Assembly: GCA_035638775.1 (NCBI GenBank)
Contig: DASQZJ010000023.1
Location: 10,827-74,826, forward strand
Direction of reading: 5' to 3'
From: Gammaproteobacteria bacterium
GTDB taxonomy: Bacteria > Pseudomonadota > Gammaproteobacteria > UBA5335 > SLRW01
Length of the DNA: 64,000 nucleotides
A model generated the notes under the pieces. That model ran no database searches. It had not been told where the DNA came from and saw only the letters and a program-made list of their open reading frames with translations. Position numbers and translations under genes: made by a program. Positions 62,918 to 64,000 of the stretch are shown here, one piece after another. Numbering within the stretch: position 1 is the first letter of the stretch; every line of letters begins with the position of its first letter.

Positions 62918-64000
62918 ATGAGCGACAGGGTCGTGCGTACGGTCTGTCCGCGGGACTGCCCCGACAAGTGCAGCCTTTGGGTCCACGTGGAAGGAAACCG
63001 GGTGAAGCAGGTGGTGGCCGACGCGGATCACCCGATCACCCGGGGCTTCCAGTGCAGCAAGTGCCGGAACTACGAGAGCTGGATCCACCACCCGGACCGC
63101 CTCCTCCATCCCCTCGCCCGCGACAGCAAGCGGGACCCGTTCCGGCAGGTTTCCTGGGACGACGCCCTGGAGCGGATCACCGGGCGCTTCCGGACAATCA
63201 TCACCGAGCGCGGCGGCTCCGGGATACTGCCCTACAGCTATCTCGGCAACATGGGCATCGTCTCCAACCGCTTCGCCGACCGGCTCTGGAACCGCATGAA
63301 CACGTCGCGGGTCGGGGCGGAGATCTGCGCCATGGCCGGGGCCGAGGCAATGATCCGCGTCGTCGGGAAGGTCCGCGGGACGGAACCGCATCACCTGTCC
63401 CGGACGCGCCTGTATGTCGCCTGGGGCAGGAATCCCAAGGAGACCAGCGTGCACGCCTGGGGACTGGTGCGCGACATCCATCCGCGGGTTGTGATCGACC
63501 CGTTCCGGTCCGAGACGGCGCTGGATTGCGACCTTCACCTCCAGCCCAGGCCCGGGACGGACAGCATGCTGGCCATGGGCCTGATGCGCCTGCTGATCGA
63601 GAACGACTGGGTGGACCACCGGTTCATCGCCGAACGCACGACCGGCTACGAGGCGCTGCGTGACAAGGTGCTGTCGGTAGGGATAGACGAGGTGGAGCGC
63701 GTCACCGGGGTGCCGCGCGAGCAGGTCCACGAGCTGGCCCGGCTCTACCACCAGCACCGTCCCGGTCTGATCAACATCGGCGTGGGCCTGCAGCGCAACA
63801 CCAACGGCGGCGAGATGGTGGCGGCGGTGTGCATGCTGGGGGCGCTCACCGGCCAGATCGGGGTGCCGGGCGGGGGCGTGCTCTACGCCAACTTCGACTG
63901 GCAGCTGGGCGACATCAGCTACGGGAATCTGCGCACCGAGGGTCCGCGGATGTACAACATGATCAAGCTGGGTCGCTGCCTCACCGAGAGTGACGACATC
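62918..64000 (+). CDS. Molybdopterin (bis-MGD) oxidoreductase, N-terminal part. The 3' end lies beyond the window.
   Basis: Not in the ORF track because it runs off the edge. My manual translation from ATG 62918 gives MSDRVVRTVCPRDCPDKCSLWVHVEGNRVKQVVADADHPITRGFQCSKCRNY..HPDRLLHPL.. The C-x2-C-x3-C...C 4Fe-4S motif and the following Molybdopterin domain pattern (..NPKETSVH..) are present. Open frame to position 64000. Confidence 0.8.
   Translation, partial: MSDRVVRTVCPRDCPDKCSLWVHVEGNRVKQVVADADHPITRGFQCSKCRNYESWIHHPDRLLHPLARDSKRDPFRQVSWDDALERITGRFRTIITERGGSGILPYSYLGNMGIVSNRFADRLWNRMNTSRVGAEICAMAGAEAMIRVVGKVRGTEPHHLSRTRLYVAWGRNPKETSVHAWGLVRDIHPRVVIDPFRSETALDCDLHLQPRPGTDSMLAMGLMRLLIENDWVDHRFIAERTTGYEALRDKVLSVGIDEVERVTGVPREQVHELARLYHQHRPGLINIGVGLQRNTNGGEMVAAVCMLGALTGQIGVPGGGVLYANFDWQLGDISYGNLRTEGPRMYNMIKLGRCLTESDDI

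Noticed and set aside
1-64000. Search for CRISPR arrays, tRNA/rRNA genes, IS elements, integrases, prophage or toxin-antitoxin or defence modules.
   Set aside because: No regularly spaced direct repeats, no cloverleaf-like or rRNA-like segments, and no transposase, integrase or phage-like translations were seen on either strand. The only repeats are short GC-rich hairpins and the intragenic repeat in CDS 7536..7844.

Overview
This is a 64-kb chromosomal window from a high-GC (about 65-70% by eye) Gram-negative, proteobacterium-like genome. It is densely coding, with many ATGA/GTGA start-stop overlaps. I found no rRNA, tRNA, CRISPR array, transposase, integrase or phage genes. Most long ORFs in the supplied track are antisense or out-of-frame shadow ORFs typical of high-GC DNA, and I trimmed or discarded them.

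Left part (1-29 kb), a mixed metabolic and envelope neighbourhood:
- a three-gene 2-oxoglutarate:acceptor oxidoreductase cluster (GltD-like flavoprotein/ferredoxin fusion, korA, korB)
- a GalT/HIT-family enzyme
- a Met-rich c-type cytochrome and a secreted acidic repeat protein
- a GAF-GGDEF-EAL protein
- divergent lignin-derived aromatic genes (gallate dioxygenase and a THF-dependent LigM/DesA-type O-demethylase)
- a Fur-box-preceded cupredoxin-FTR1 iron-uptake pair, with outer-membrane phospholipase A divergent from it
- AtuA-like, 5-FCL-like, DUF429, an ICMT/MddA-like methyltransferase, and an orphan LeuC

Right part (29-64 kb) is the most interesting. A single PrpR-family sigma-54 activator sits among three canonical and two to three variant -24/-12 promoters. 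These promoters head operons of unassigned catabolic enzymes:
- two OYE/FadH-like reductases
- two amidohydrolase_2 proteins, a DUF59 protein and an ADC-like protein
- acyl-CoA ligase and nitrilase
- FAD oxidase, SAM methyltransferase, SDR, family III CoA-transferase and HMG-CoA-lyase-like enzyme
- two isochorismatase-family hydrolases, hydantoinase A/B, RidA and a Mo-oxidoreductase

Interleaved with these enzymes is a four-component envelope system of unknown function: DUF1329, a Ycf48-like BNR propeller, an RND/MMPL pump and a DUF1302 barrel.

All functional calls come from my own reading of the translated ORFs against remembered family signatures. No database search was run.
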